From IMG/VR virus record IMGVR_UViG_3300035689_000004, positions 28,547-92,546 of that record: a DNA stretch of 64,000 nucleotides; one strand, 5' to 3'. This DNA is from a virus. A program made the position numbers and the translations under genes. Shown piece by piece: positions 9,151 through 18,390 of this stretch. Below the pieces are notes generated by a model. It saw only the letters and a list, made by a program, of their open reading frames with translations, was not told the DNA's origin and searched no databases. The stretch's first letter is position 1, and each line of letters starts with the position of its first letter.

Positions 9151-9411
9151 ATGACTGCACCGCTAAACCATGATTGGAGCATTATCACCACCGCCGAAGG
9201 AGGCGAGGTTCTAGCCCGCCTAGATGACAGCAGAGAAGGTTACATCCGGGTTTCTTACCCCGAAGACCTGAGGGAAGATTTCCTGATCGAAGCACTCAAA
9301 GACAAGGGGGTAAAGGTTGATCTGGGCGTTCAACCCTTTTACCAGTCGGGCGAGAGCCCCGGCGAGGCTGTAGCGCTGTTTAAGCTGGAGTATTCCGGCG
9401 CTAACCTCTAA
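9151..9411 (+). CDS. Small acidic accessory protein with own promoter and terminator
   Basis: GAGGA RBS; hairpin CCCTCC...GGAGGG-T6 near 9437-9458. Confidence 0.7.
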   Translation: MTAPLNHDWSIITTAEGGEVLARLDDSREGYIRVSYPEDLREDFLIEALKDKGVKVDLGVQPFYQSGESPGEAVALFKLEYSGANL

Positions 9412-9456
9412 CCAACCCTGCATCACCACCCCGCCGCCCTCCCCCTGGAGGGTTTT

Positions 9457-10071
9457 TTATTGCCCTGCCCCTAGCTTTGTCCGCCTCACCCGATCGCGTA
9501 ATGCCCAGGCGACGGTATTAACGCTATGGCGGTTGGGGGACAGCGTTGGGGTGTAGTGTTCTCCCATCCATAGCCGCTTGGCGGTGTCTACCTCCCAGGT
9601 CCAATCGGTAGCGTCTTGATAGAAAGCCATCGCTACTTGGTAGAGAATCGCGATCGCGTAGGCGTCCCGCTCGGGTTGGCTGCCTTGCCAATCATCATCG
9701 AGGCTATAGATTTGCTCAGCGTTATAACGCCCATCGTCATTGATCCAATGGTCGGAGACCAGAATAGTCAGCCGGTGGGTACCGCGTACCTTACCCCTAC
9801 CCCTAGCCGGTGTCTTCATCCCTTCAAGGTGGTCACAGGTGATATGAATATCTCTAACGCCGCCCTCCTGGCGGTAGGGCTCAAAAATGTAGGCATCCAC
9901 ATGGCGTGGGCATAGGGAGCGGGGCCGTTGGACACGATGCAATAGGCCGCGCCCCGCTAGCCGCCAGGTTTGCAAGATGCGGTAGGGTCGTTGCTTTACC
10001 TGCCGCTCCCGCCACCAGTTGCAGCGGTTGACATAGCCAAGCAGGTCACTGACTATCCGATCCACTTTCAT
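9457..10071 (-). CDS. Hypothetical protein
   Basis: Part of an overlapping minus-strand operon. Confidence 0.55.
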   Translation of the reverse strand: MKVDRIVSDLLGYVNRCNWWRERQVKQRPYRILQTWRLAGRGLLHRVQRPRSLCPRHVDAYIFEPYRQEGGVRDIHITCDHLEGMKTPARGRGKVRGTHRLTILVSDHWINDDGRYNAEQIYSLDDDWQGSQPERDAYAIAILYQVAMAFYQDATDWTWEVDTAKRLWMGEHYTPTLSPNRHSVNTVAWALRDRVRRTKLGAGQ

Positions 10072-10402
10072 CGTCCGGGTCCTCCTCTGAGGATGATTCG
10101 CGGGGCATCGCGTTGGTGCCTAGCACCCCGGCGGCGCCGATGCTGATAATGCTCACCGCCAGATCTCGCAGTTGCTTTTGATGTTCCGGCGACCAGTTGA
10201 ATAGCATCAAGGCGCCAATGATCACCACGGTACTGAAGCCTAGGGTTAGCCGTTGCTGGGTCTTGAGCTTACGGGATTGCTCGCGATCGCTTTTCATTAG
10301 CTTCAGTTGCCGCTCTTGCAGCTCGTGCAGCTTTTCATTAATCAACTTCAGGTGCTTCTCTATCGAGTCCAAGCGACGGCACAGAATATCAAAGAACTTC
10401 AC
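10046..10402 (-). CDS. Coiled-coil plus two-TM membrane protein (holin-like, unproven)
   Basis: LTLGFSTVVIIGALMLF and LAVSIISIGAAGVLG hydrophobic segments. Confidence 0.5.
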   Translation of the reverse strand: MKFFDILCRRLDSIEKHLKLINEKLHELQERQLKLMKSDREQSRKLKTQQRLTLGFSTVVIIGALMLFNWSPEHQKQLRDLAVSIISIGAAGVLGTNAMPRESSSEEDPDDESGSDSQ

Positions 10403-10872
10403 GTTAGGGCTGCCTTTCGGACAAATTCCGAGGTGGGGAGGACGGTATCAACTGCAGCCCGCATCCTGCGATCGCTGGCATATTTCCGATAGTCAAATCC
10501 GATCCACACCTCGACGATGCCAGATTCTTCTAACGGTGCGCAGCGTAGGTGGTCCAGGTCCACCACTTGTAGGTAAGTAGGGTAAGCACAGTCTGGGAGG
10601 TTCATCGGGATAGTTAGTTCTACCAAGTCCCGCAGGCGATCGTCGATATTAATCCGTTGCATCAGGCGCAGGCTAGCGGCTTGTCTAGTATCCGGAAACA
10701 ACCACAACCAGCTTTCCTCTTCACCCTCCGCCGATAGCCTGGAAAAGTGACAATAGGCCGGTTCCTTTTGTTGCTGGCCAGGCAAAATTAACCCCGACTC
10801 ACTCTCTGTCGCCAAGGATAAAAACTGAGCGCTCCACGCCCAGCTAAAGAGAGGGGACGGTAGTTGGTACAT
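10399..10872 (-). CDS. Hypothetical protein
   Basis: ORF track, operon overlap. Confidence 0.55.
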   Translation of the reverse strand: MYQLPSPLFSWAWSAQFLSLATESESGLILPGQQQKEPAYCHFSRLSAEGEEESWLWLFPDTRQAASLRLMQRINIDDRLRDLVELTIPMNLPDCAYPTYLQVVDLDHLRCAPLEESGIVEVWIGFDYRKYASDRRMRAAVDTVLPTSEFVRKAALT

Positions 10873-11308
10873 AGGTTCCAGCGTTGATGAGTTGTAAGGT
10901 TTCTCGGCTTGGCAGGCTGGTTAAACTTTCCAGCAACCGGCGATCGCGCTCTGCCCTAGCGTCTAGCCCGTCGAAATACCGAGTAAGCGCGATCGTTGTT
11001 AGTTCGTGGTAGTCCTTGGCATAGCGATATTTCACCGCGTACTCCCACCGGCCACGGGTATGGGAGTCCAGGGTGAAGGGGATCGTGCCATCGTTATCAA
11101 CTGGCTCGCACTCCAGCGTCCCGCCCGCCTCACAAGCTTCGATATAAAGGTCGGTGGTCCAGCGCACCAAGTCGGCAACGCTCGCTAGTTCCCGGCCGTC
11201 CTCCGTCATTACCCGCGATTTCAGCCGCAAGAAAGTTGCTTCCCGCCTCACCCGCCCCGCGATCGCCTCGGGCACCAATAAATTAATCCGCTTGTGCTTA
11301 GTTGGCAT
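10844..11308 (-). CDS. Hypothetical protein, RHH-like N-terminus
   Basis: KRINLLVPEAIAGRVRREA. Confidence 0.5.
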   Translation of the reverse strand: MPTKHKRINLLVPEAIAGRVRREATFLRLKSRVMTEDGRELASVADLVRWTTDLYIEACEAGGTLECEPVDNDGTIPFTLDSHTRGRWEYAVKYRYAKDYHELTTIALTRYFDGLDARAERDRRLLESLTSLPSRETLQLINAGTYVPTTVPSL

Positions 11309-11660
11309 TGAGCAGCACCTCCATAAAGCAGCCCTCTGCCAGCATCAGCGCTGTTTGGGTATGGCTGGTGTCTGGATGCTCTAGCGCCCGTCCTAGGCGC
11401 TCCATCGTCCAGCCCAGTAGGTGAATTGCTATCAACATCACCGCCGCGCCGCGATCGCGTACCATCAGCGCTGTTATGGCTTGCTCAATATCGGCATTGG
11501 TGAACCGCTCCGCCAGCCCCATCGCCCTGAAGCCATGGCCAGTTAGCACCAAGTTGGGCACCCCGGAGACGATGTGGCCGGAAGACATAATATTATCCAG
11601 GTTGCCGCTGCCCCATTGCTGGAGCAAAAAGCCAAGCTGCGACGGGCTATAGGTTGCCAT
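11298..11660 (-). CDS. Putative late transcription regulator (Q/ArpU/sigma region-4-like)
   Basis: LLQQWG...DIEQAITAL...LLGWTMERLGRAL pattern. Confidence 0.4.
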   Translation of the reverse strand: MATYSPSQLGFLLQQWGSGNLDNIMSSGHIVSGVPNLVLTGHGFRAMGLAERFTNADIEQAITALMVRDRGAAVMLIAIHLLGWTMERLGRALEHPDTSHTQTALMLAEGCFMEVLLNAN

Positions 11661-11742
11661 TGTCTATTGCAAATACCCACAGCCCTATCGTATCGAACTA
11701 GGATAGGCGCGATCGTTTTAGCAACCAGAGAGCTTAATCACA

Positions 11743-11782
11743 ATCGAAACGTGTTGACAATTCGATGGGGTTAGGGTACTTT
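11743..11782 (+). promoter_or_regulatory. Sigma-70 promoter with overlapping operator (family A)
   Basis: TTGACA 11754-59, 17 bp, TACTTT; ATCGAA-N12-TTCGAT inverted repeat. Confidence 0.7.
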
Positions 11783-11964
11783 AGGTATAGCCAAACGGCG
11801 CCGCCCCCCGGCGGGATACCAAATAGGGTGCCACCCCGGAACAGGACGGGGATTCAACTAAACCCATCCTTCCGTAGGGATGTAAACAAATTTACGGCGG
11901 TTTACTTTCCGGTTGGTGTCCCGACAGCAACGAACCGGACCCACCATGATTAGGAGATACCGCC

Positions 11965-12162
11965 ATGATGATTGTTCGTTACAGTGTTTTTCCCCGGGAT
12001 GGAGGCTACCGTGTCTTTGCCATTTCACCAAAGACTGGTAAATGGGAGGATTGTGAAAGCCTATTCGGTGACGGTAGCCTATGGGTTACCTATCCGACTG
12101 AAGCTGAAGCAGAAGCCGCGATCTCGCCGCTGATTAAAGACGATTACTTGACTGTTGCTTAA
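11965..12162 (+). CDS. Small accessory protein
   Basis: AGGAG RBS; terminator CCCGCCA-ct-TGGCGGG-T6 near 12189-12210. Confidence 0.7.
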   Translation: MMIVRYSVFPRDGGYRVFAISPKTGKWEDCESLFGDGSLWVTYPTEAEAEAAISPLIKDDYLTVA

Positions 12163-12220
12163 CCGCCCCGGGACCACCCCGGAGCTACCCCGCCACTTGG
12201 CGGGTTTTTTATTGCCTTAG

Positions 12221-12373
12221 CTACAGCCGTCCTGCAGCTGCCAGCCACGCCAGCGCTGCCACGGCACCCACCACCACGCCGGATAAAGTAAAGCGGATCT
12301 CGTGGAGCATGACTTCATGCCGGGCTATCTGGGTAGCGATCGCCTTCACTTGGGCTAGTTGATCATCACTCAT
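12221..12373 (-). CDS. 50-aa single-TM peptide (not in ORF track)
   Basis: MSDDQLAQVKAIATQIARHEVMLHEIRFTLSGVVVGAVAALAWLAAAGRL; AGGAGG RBS and TGCTATAAT -10 upstream. Confidence 0.7.
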   Translation of the reverse strand: MSDDQLAQVKAIATQIARHEVMLHEIRFTLSGVVVGAVAALAWLAAAGRL

Positions 12374-12419
12374 AGCAAGCCTCCTGAAGTTTGCCGGTGA
12401 TTATAGCAGATAAGCAATG

Positions 12420-12563
12420 AAAAGCCCCTGTGGGCAATGTCAGGGGCTCTGGCGCAGTATTAGGAGAATGGGGCTATTGTAGCGGATGCCAGCGGCGAAA
12501 GGCGGAGGAAGCGCGATCGCACTTAGCTAGGGCGCGATCGCGGGTATCAAGGTGTATCTAACG
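12420..12563 (-). ncRNA. Candidate sRNA (about 145 nt)
   Basis: TATAAT -10 at 12575-12570, intrinsic terminator 12448-12420, no credible ORF between, contains CUCCU-type anti-SD tracts. Confidence 0.4.
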
Positions 12564-12628
12564 GTGTTGATTATAGCGGATAAGCAACAAAAAGCCCCCG
12601 AGGGGGCCAAGCAATACAGCGCGTGGTT

Positions 12629-12871
12629 CTATGGTAGCGAGTTGCCGCTGTAGTCGATAAGCTCCGCCGGAGTGCAGTTTAGCGCACGGCAAAGGGCATC
12701 CAGTTGAGTGCCATCAATTCGGGGCATAGTGTCGCGGCGCTTCATATTGCTGACGCTGGCCTCGTGGACGCCTAGCGCCTCAGCCAAGGCGCGATTACTG
12801 ATTTGCCGGTCTGCCATAACCTGGCGGAGACGCCATCGAATCATCGGAGCTACAGAACGCATATTTACCAT
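12629..12871 (-). CDS. XRE/Cro-C1 HTH transcriptional regulator
   Basis: WRLRQVMADRQISNRALAEALGVHEASVSNM...LCRALNCTPAELI. Confidence 0.88.
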   Translation of the reverse strand: MVNMRSVAPMIRWRLRQVMADRQISNRALAEALGVHEASVSNMKRRDTMPRIDGTQLDALCRALNCTPAELIDYSGNSLP

Positions 12872-12936
12872 CCTCCCACGCGATCGCTAGTATTTGCCCC
12901 AACTATAGCGCAGACATCGAATACTTTATATTAAGC

Positions 12937-12965
12937 TTGCATTGTATAACGTCAGGCGTTATACT
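12937..12965 (+). promoter_or_regulatory. Promoter with palindromic operator GTATAACG-N5-CGTTATAC
   Basis: TTGCAT, 17 bp, TATACT; perfect 8-bp inverted repeat 12944-12964, divergent from the XRE gene. Confidence 0.65.
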
Positions 12966-13060
12966 CATATCAAGCGATGGGGACGGCCCCAAAGCAAAGC
13001 CCCCGCCAAGGCTGGCACCGAGGCAGGGGAAGTAAAACCATTCACTAGAGGTTCACTGAT

Positions 13061-13306
13061 ATGGTAGCCCAAGCTGTTAAAGTCCGCACTCCTGAAACCA
13101 CCACTGCCCCTGCCCTTGTCAAATTCTTTGCTTCTTTGGTTGGGGAGGTGAGGGGCGAGTTTACCTTTACTGTCGAGGTTATTGAAATTCAAGACAGTTA
13201 CATGGGGCTGGAGGACAAGCAGCGGATTGAGGCTGCTGTTGAGCAGCAATTTCCGGGTTTGGCAGTGCTGGATTTCTGGCGATGCCGCCAGGATAGCCTG
13301 CTGTAG
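13061..13306 (+). CDS. Hypothetical protein
   Basis: GAGG RBS, downstream of the XRE-linked promoter. Confidence 0.6.
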   Translation: MVAQAVKVRTPETTTAPALVKFFASLVGEVRGEFTFTVEVIEIQDSYMGLEDKQRIEAAVEQQFPGLAVLDFWRCRQDSLL

Positions 13307-13370
13307 TCGCGATCGCTGCCGCCCCACAGCGTTAGCGAGGGGACTAACTAAATTTCGTAGAGACGCTGTA

Positions 13371-13502
13371 ATGAAATACCGACCTTTTGTTTACCGCTGG
13401 CTGATGCACAAAACCAGTTGCCTTTTAGAAGATCTGGCCTATTGGATTGATCGGTTTGCCGGAGTTCTTGAGTGGGAAGCTAGGGAGCCAGGAGAGGAGT
13501 AG
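13371..13502 (+). CDS. 43-aa hypothetical protein
   Basis: MKYRPFVYRW...; followed by hairpin 13505-13545. Confidence 0.4.
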   Translation: MKYRPFVYRWLMHKTSCLLEDLAYWIDRFAGVLEWEAREPGEE

Positions 13503-13577
13503 AATCAAAAGACCTCCGTGGACACGCTTCACGAAGGTCTTTTGAGTGCGCCCTAGGGGGAACCCTGGGGCTTTCCT

Positions 13578-15767
13578 TTAGACGGCTAAATCGCCAAAAA
13601 TGCTTGGTTGGTGAGGCTTTATCTGACTCTTTTGTGCCCAATAGTTTTCTATAGCTTTCTCCGCCCTTTCAAGCGTGGCTTTTTCTTCGGGTGTCAGTTG
13701 CCCGTAAGTTTTTTTGCGATGAGTAACCTTACTCAGTGGCATACAATTTTCAGCAGATCTGACTGACCTGCTTCTTATGTGATCAAACTCGCAATCTTTG
13801 GTTTTGGACCCATTGGCGTTGATCAACAACGTTTGGTCTATGACATCCCGCCCGGTGTTAAGCGTGATATACAAGAAAGCCTCTATAGCGCTAGATATAG
13901 CGTCTGGAAGAAATTCCTTGCGTGGAGAGTTTGTGTTTATGTCGATTCTGTTCACTATTTCTTCTGTCCTAGTGGTTGTCGGAACTACATTATTATCCAA
14001 ACGATCTTTCACAATCTGTACATCCCTATGTATGTTAACCAGCATTTCCCACGCGACTGGATCGGAAGTTTGAAGAGAACTGCCCGATGTTTGTATCTGA
14101 CCTTTCAGGACATTAGCAATTTCTGCCAATGCAACCCAAAAGCTGCTCTTAATCAATTCGGCTGGCTCAGTACGCGCCGCCAAAGCTATCCAAGACGCCC
14201 CGGCAGGGTTGAACAATAGCAGGTGATGTGCTTTTGAATGGACCGTTTTGTCGAATAACCCCTCTACCCTTCTAGATGTAGGCGAGTAGTACTCGCCTAC
14301 ATCTGGAGGGGTCAGGGGGGTCAGGGGGTTATAAATGCTTTTGTAGTTTTTTAACCTATCCCCGGTCAACCGCTCAGTTAAAACAGCTTCTTGTACGGGG
14401 CAGCCTCTAAACCACCAAAGAACGCTATCTTCCTCCAGGCTCAGCAATGATGCCAACTGTTTGACCGTTAGCCATTTCTTGCCCTCAAACATGACCCATT
14501 CAAACTGACGGCCTATTCCTCTGGCGCAGGCAAGTAAAGCGCCTTCAAACAACTCTTGGTTTTTGTCTTCCTGAAAAGTCTCATAAAACCTCTGCCGAAC
14601 TCCGTGCTCTAAAACGTCTTGCAGCGTCTCAGCATTGGTCAAGGCTTGGGCGGTTGGTACCAACGCCCCAGGACTCTCCTGAGCAACTTCGACTACCTCA
14701 ACCTCAGCTTCAACGACAGCCGGAGCGGGCTTTGGCTCATCTGGCGGAGGGGTCACGCAATAGTAAGTAACCCTACGATCCTTCCAGGTATATAATTTTT
14801 CTTGCTGAATTAAATATTCAGTCCGAACAAGATAAAGATCTCGCGCTTCATCCCCGTATTTACCTCGAACCTTATTTCGCAGGATAGTACTCGTGATCGG
14901 ACAAGCACAAGCCCTTAATATCCGTTCATCTACCTTAATTTCTAGGTCTGACCTTTGATCCTGCTCAAACTCTTCTTCAATGGGCAAATCAACAACCTCC
15001 GCCGCCACCTTGACAGGGGGCTCAACAATCTCCGCCACTATAACGGGAGGATTGATCGACTTAGCCTCAACGACAGCCGGGCTAGGCTCTGGCTCATCTG
15101 GCGGAGGGGTCACGCAATAGTAAGTAGCCTTACGCTCCTTCCAGGTATGCAACCTTCCCTGGGCCAGCAGAAGATCTCTTCGAGGAACAACATATTCTTG
15201 AAAACGTTTCCGATCTGGTCCGCTAGTCCTAGCCTTTTTGTACAAAACTTTTGCTGTAACCGGATGGCTAGCGCACTCCAAGATCCTTTGATCGATAATC
15301 TCCCAGATCTCCTCTTTAGTCTTTGAACTAAATGAGAACTTTTTGGCGCGACGATTTGATCTAGTTGCAGTCTTGGCCGCAGCTTGCTCAGTCTCAACAA
15401 CCGGCTCAGTGTTCTCTAGCAGCAGTTTGAATAATGGCTCAACCGGTCGCTCAGGCGCCTTGTCCCAACACAAAACTTTGTAGCTGTTTTTGCCTAATGG
15501 ACGCGGAAAATATTCAAAGATGCACTCAAAGTCTTTTCTAGTAGCGCCGCCACGCTTTAGCGCAGTCTCGGCGAGCACCTTAATTTCAAGGGGAATATCT
15601 TTCTTGTCGTTTTTTATGTCGGTAACAGGACGGCGAACAGCATGAGCATCACCATAAGGATCAGACTTAAGCTTGCTTTTGTGAGCTCGCTCTCCTTTTG
15701 GCATCTCATAGATGACATAGGAGAGATCATCAAAGCTATAGAGACGGTTGTCACCAAAAGCGTTCAT
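13578..15767 (-). CDS. Multidomain DNA-binding protein: duplicated domain, antirepressor-like region, C-terminal HNH-like motif
   Basis: Internal repeat ending TYYCVTPPPDEP twice; KKWLTVKQLASLL; EFDHIRSRS...ENCMPLSKVTHRKKT. Confidence 0.55.
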   Translation of the reverse strand: MNAFGDNRLYSFDDLSYVIYEMPKGERAHKSKLKSDPYGDAHAVRRPVTDIKNDKKDIPLEIKVLAETALKRGGATRKDFECIFEYFPRPLGKNSYKVLCWDKAPERPVEPLFKLLLENTEPVVETEQAAAKTATRSNRRAKKFSFSSKTKEEIWEIIDQRILECASHPVTAKVLYKKARTSGPDRKRFQEYVVPRRDLLLAQGRLHTWKERKATYYCVTPPPDEPEPSPAVVEAKSINPPVIVAEIVEPPVKVAAEVVDLPIEEEFEQDQRSDLEIKVDERILRACACPITSTILRNKVRGKYGDEARDLYLVRTEYLIQQEKLYTWKDRRVTYYCVTPPPDEPKPAPAVVEAEVEVVEVAQESPGALVPTAQALTNAETLQDVLEHGVRQRFYETFQEDKNQELFEGALLACARGIGRQFEWVMFEGKKWLTVKQLASLLSLEEDSVLWWFRGCPVQEAVLTERLTGDRLKNYKSIYNPLTPLTPPDVGEYYSPTSRRVEGLFDKTVHSKAHHLLLFNPAGASWIALAARTEPAELIKSSFWVALAEIANVLKGQIQTSGSSLQTSDPVAWEMLVNIHRDVQIVKDRLDNNVVPTTTRTEEIVNRIDINTNSPRKEFLPDAISSAIEAFLYITLNTGRDVIDQTLLINANGSKTKDCEFDHIRSRSVRSAENCMPLSKVTHRKKTYGQLTPEEKATLERAEKAIENYWAQKSQIKPHQPSIFGDLAV

Positions 15768-15890
15768 CGCTTATGCCCAGACTGCAAATATGTCGCCCTA
15801 TCAATCACAGATTGTATCTATAATAGACGCTTGTTTGCAATATGATACTGAAGCGGCAATTTAGCTACTCTATTGTAAAAGTGCTACCCC

Positions 15891-16145
15891 ATGCCCCTCG
15901 CCGATCGCACCTCCTACCGCAACGCCCTACAAGCGCTCAGGGCAATCAAGGACACTACTGGCAATACGCCCCAGGTGAAGGCCATAGCGGCCTTCCTGCT
16001 AGAGGCGGCCAATGCTGAGTATCCAGGCGGCTACGTGGGCGACCCGAGCGACCCACGGGATAGGGCGGTGGTAGAGGCGCAGCGCGACTACTGGCAACGG
16101 TTCATGGCGGGTGAGGACGTAGAAGAGAATTACTACGATCTATAG
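15891..16145 (+). CDS. Hypothetical protein
   Basis: ORF track, hairpin downstream. Confidence 0.55.
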   Translation: MPLADRTSYRNALQALRAIKDTTGNTPQVKAIAAFLLEAANAEYPGGYVGDPSDPRDRAVVEAQRDYWQRFMAGEDVEENYYDL

Positions 16146-16197
16146 TCAAAGCAAAACCCCTGGCGAGGGCCAGGGGCTAGGGTGAGAGGCGGTAGGG

Positions 16198-16353
16198 TTA
16201 GATCTTACCCTTTGCCTTCTCAGTGGCCGCCAGGGCTATGATCGCCGCCCCAGTGGCGGCAAACAACAGCGCATTCTCCACGGTGCCGGGCACCTGGGAG
16301 GGCGGCTGCGGGTTGTCAGCGGGCTGGGTGGTAGTGCTATTAGTCGTTGACAT
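16198..16353 (-). CDS. 51-aa peptide with C-terminal hydrophobic segment (not in track)
   Basis: MSTTNSTTTQPADNPQPPSQVPGTVENALLFAATGAAIIALAATEKAKGKI; AGGAG RBS. Confidence 0.55.
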   Translation of the reverse strand: MSTTNSTTTQPADNPQPPSQVPGTVENALLFAATGAAIIALAATEKAKGKI

Positions 16354-16483
16354 GGGTGGTAAGCTCCTGATTGATTTGCTCTAATGCAACCCGTGCGCGG
16401 CGCAGGGTCTCCAGCGCTTGTTGAGCCTTGAGTATTGCCGCCCGTGCGGCTTGCTCATTGGCCTGTCTTTCCTCTTCAGTCAC
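16340..16483 (-). CDS. 47-aa coiled-coil peptide (not in track)
   Basis: GTG start after GGAGG; MTEEERQANEQAARAAILKAQQALETL... Confidence 0.5.
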   Translation of the reverse strand: MTEEERQANEQAARAAILKAQQALETLRRARVALEQINQELTTHVND

Positions 16484-16523
16484 AAACTTTCCTCCGTAAA
16501 AATGGTCTTTTGAGTGGAATAAA

Positions 16524-16751
16524 CTAACCCGCTTGGCGCAGGTCTTCCATCAGCAAAACAGTTCCTTGCACGTCCATGGCGCGGATAAGCCGCACCACAC
16601 CCGTTTCGTCCGGTTCATCCAGCGGATCGGCATCAATCGCGCCGGTTTCCCGGCACGCTTGGTTCCAAGCTTGCAGAACCCCTAACCCATCCTCCATGAG
16701 CGCCCTAGCCCGACGCTCGATTTCTTGTTGATCAACTGCCATGGTTGGCAT
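16524..16751 (-). CDS. Hypothetical protein
   Basis: AGGAG RBS, divergent from portal. Confidence 0.55.
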   Translation of the reverse strand: MPTMAVDQQEIERRARALMEDGLGVLQAWNQACRETGAIDADPLDEPDETGVVRLIRAMDVQGTVLLMEDLRQAG

Positions 16752-16851
16752 CTCCTAAACGATATTGCATATTTACTCTACCATGGCATATTTGCAATAT
16801 GCAATAACCCAAGGGGAGAACCGCTAAAATTAGCCTAGAGACTGGCTACCC

Positions 16852-18390
16852 ATGGACCTCACCCGCCTTCACCGCCACCTAGAGACCTCCCCTGACCTGG
16901 ATTTACCCCTATCCCAGGCGAGGGAGCTAGCCAAACGCGCCAATGGCCGTGGCTGGGATGACGGCATCGACAAGAAGCCTGGCCGCCGTTATCGCACGAC
17001 TCCGAACATCTGGACCACCTTCGAGGGACGCGGCCAACCCCGTCAGGGCTTTCTTAGCCCCGAGGTGATGCGGATGGTTTATATGCGCTCTGAGGTTGTC
17101 CGCGCCTGTGTCGATACTCTGGTAGAGCTAGTCTGCGGTTGTGATTGGACGATTCGTCCCATTGACGAAGAGAAAAGCCGGTGGCTACGCGATCGCCGCC
17201 CAGATGACTACAAAACCCTTAAAAAGCGCATCCGCTGGCTAGAAAAGTTCTTTGCCCACCCTGCCAACCATTACAACCTGGACCAGTTCCACCGCCTGAT
17301 ACTGCGGGACTTACTCATCTACGACGCGGCAGCCTACGAGATCGTGACCGCTGATGTAAATGGCCATCGGTTGCCGCTGGAGTTGGGCGCGATCGCGGGC
17401 GATACGGTGGAGATCGATTGTGACGATACGGGCATCCCGCTGGCCTACTGGCAAAGCTATAACGTCAAGACCCATGTACGGTTTGAGCCGGAAGAACTAG
17501 CCTATATCCGACTCAACCCGGTGTCCTGGAGTCCCTACGGCATCTCTCCGATTGAGACCGCCTACGTCAGCATCGCTAGCGACCTGAACGCTAACCGGTA
17601 CAATGCCAGCTTCTTTGAAAAGAACGGCATCCCCCCGGCATTGCTGGCGGTGATGGGATTGTCATCGGCTGAGTTCCGTAGCCTCATGTCCCAGATGCGG
17701 CAAACCAGCCAGGATAACCCGTGGAATATCCACGCCTTCCGGGCCGCCCGGGATGCCGAGGGCAAGAGCCAGCAGGTATTCGACCTGGTGCCCCTGTCAT
17801 CGGTATCTAACCGGGAGATGCAGTTCACTGAATTGCTGACCCACGTGGTGCGGCGCATCACCATGCTGTACCGCATCTCACCGAGCCAGATCGGCTTTAC
17901 CGACGAGGTGACCGGCGGCATCGGTTCTGGGGTAGCTGAGACCCAGGTGGACTTGATGGAGTCCAAGGGTGTCGCGCCATTGCTGCGCAGCTTGTCCTCT
18001 ATCCATACTGAACAGGTGATCCACGGTGTTTGTGGGTGGGAGGATTTAGAGTTTGCCTTCACCCAATCCCAAACCCCGGCGGAGCAGCAAGAATACCAGC
18101 GCGATGCCGGTGAAGTCACCATGGGCGCAATGACCATTAACGAACTCCGTTCTAAGTGGGGTGGACGCGATGCCGTCGAGTGGGGTGACTCGCCCCTCCA
18201 GCCGCCGCCCATGTGGGCACAGGAGAAGCAACAATCCCAGCAGATGCTAGCCCAAGCCCAAGGCATGATGGCCCCACCACCGCCCGGGCAGGAGGACCCT
18301 AACCAGCAACCACCAGGACAACCACCGGAGGACCCTAACCAGCCCGAGCTAGAGAAAAGCGCCAGGAGGCTAGTGATCCGATGGAATTAG
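16852..18390 (+). CDS. Portal protein (HK97-like family)
   Basis: VRACVD, YGISPIE, YNASFFEKNGIP, REMQF, ISPSQIG, MTINELR motifs. Confidence 0.9.
   Translation: MDLTRLHRHLETSPDLDLPLSQARELAKRANGRGWDDGIDKKPGRRYRTTPNIWTTFEGRGQPRQGFLSPEVMRMVYMRSEVVRACVDTLVELVCGCDWTIRPIDEEKSRWLRDRRPDDYKTLKKRIRWLEKFFAHPANHYNLDQFHRLILRDLLIYDAAAYEIVTADVNGHRLPLELGAIAGDTVEIDCDDTGIPLAYWQSYNVKTHVRFEPEELAYIRLNPVSWSPYGISPIETAYVSIASDLNANRYNASFFEKNGIPPALLAVMGLSSAEFRSLMSQMRQTSQDNPWNIHAFRAARDAEGKSQQVFDLVPLSSVSNREMQFTELLTHVVRRITMLYRISPSQIGFTDEVTGGIGSGVAETQVDLMESKGVAPLLRSLSSIHTEQVIHGVCGWEDLEFAFTQSQTPAEQQEYQRDAGEVTMGAMTINELRSKWGGRDAVEWGDSPLQPPPMWAQEKQQSQQMLAQAQGMMAPPPPGQEDPNQQPPGQPPEDPNQPELEKSARRLVIRWN

Noticed and set aside
10046-10402. 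Complete lysis cassette
   Set aside because: Only a two-TM protein is seen; no endolysin or spanin recognised in the window
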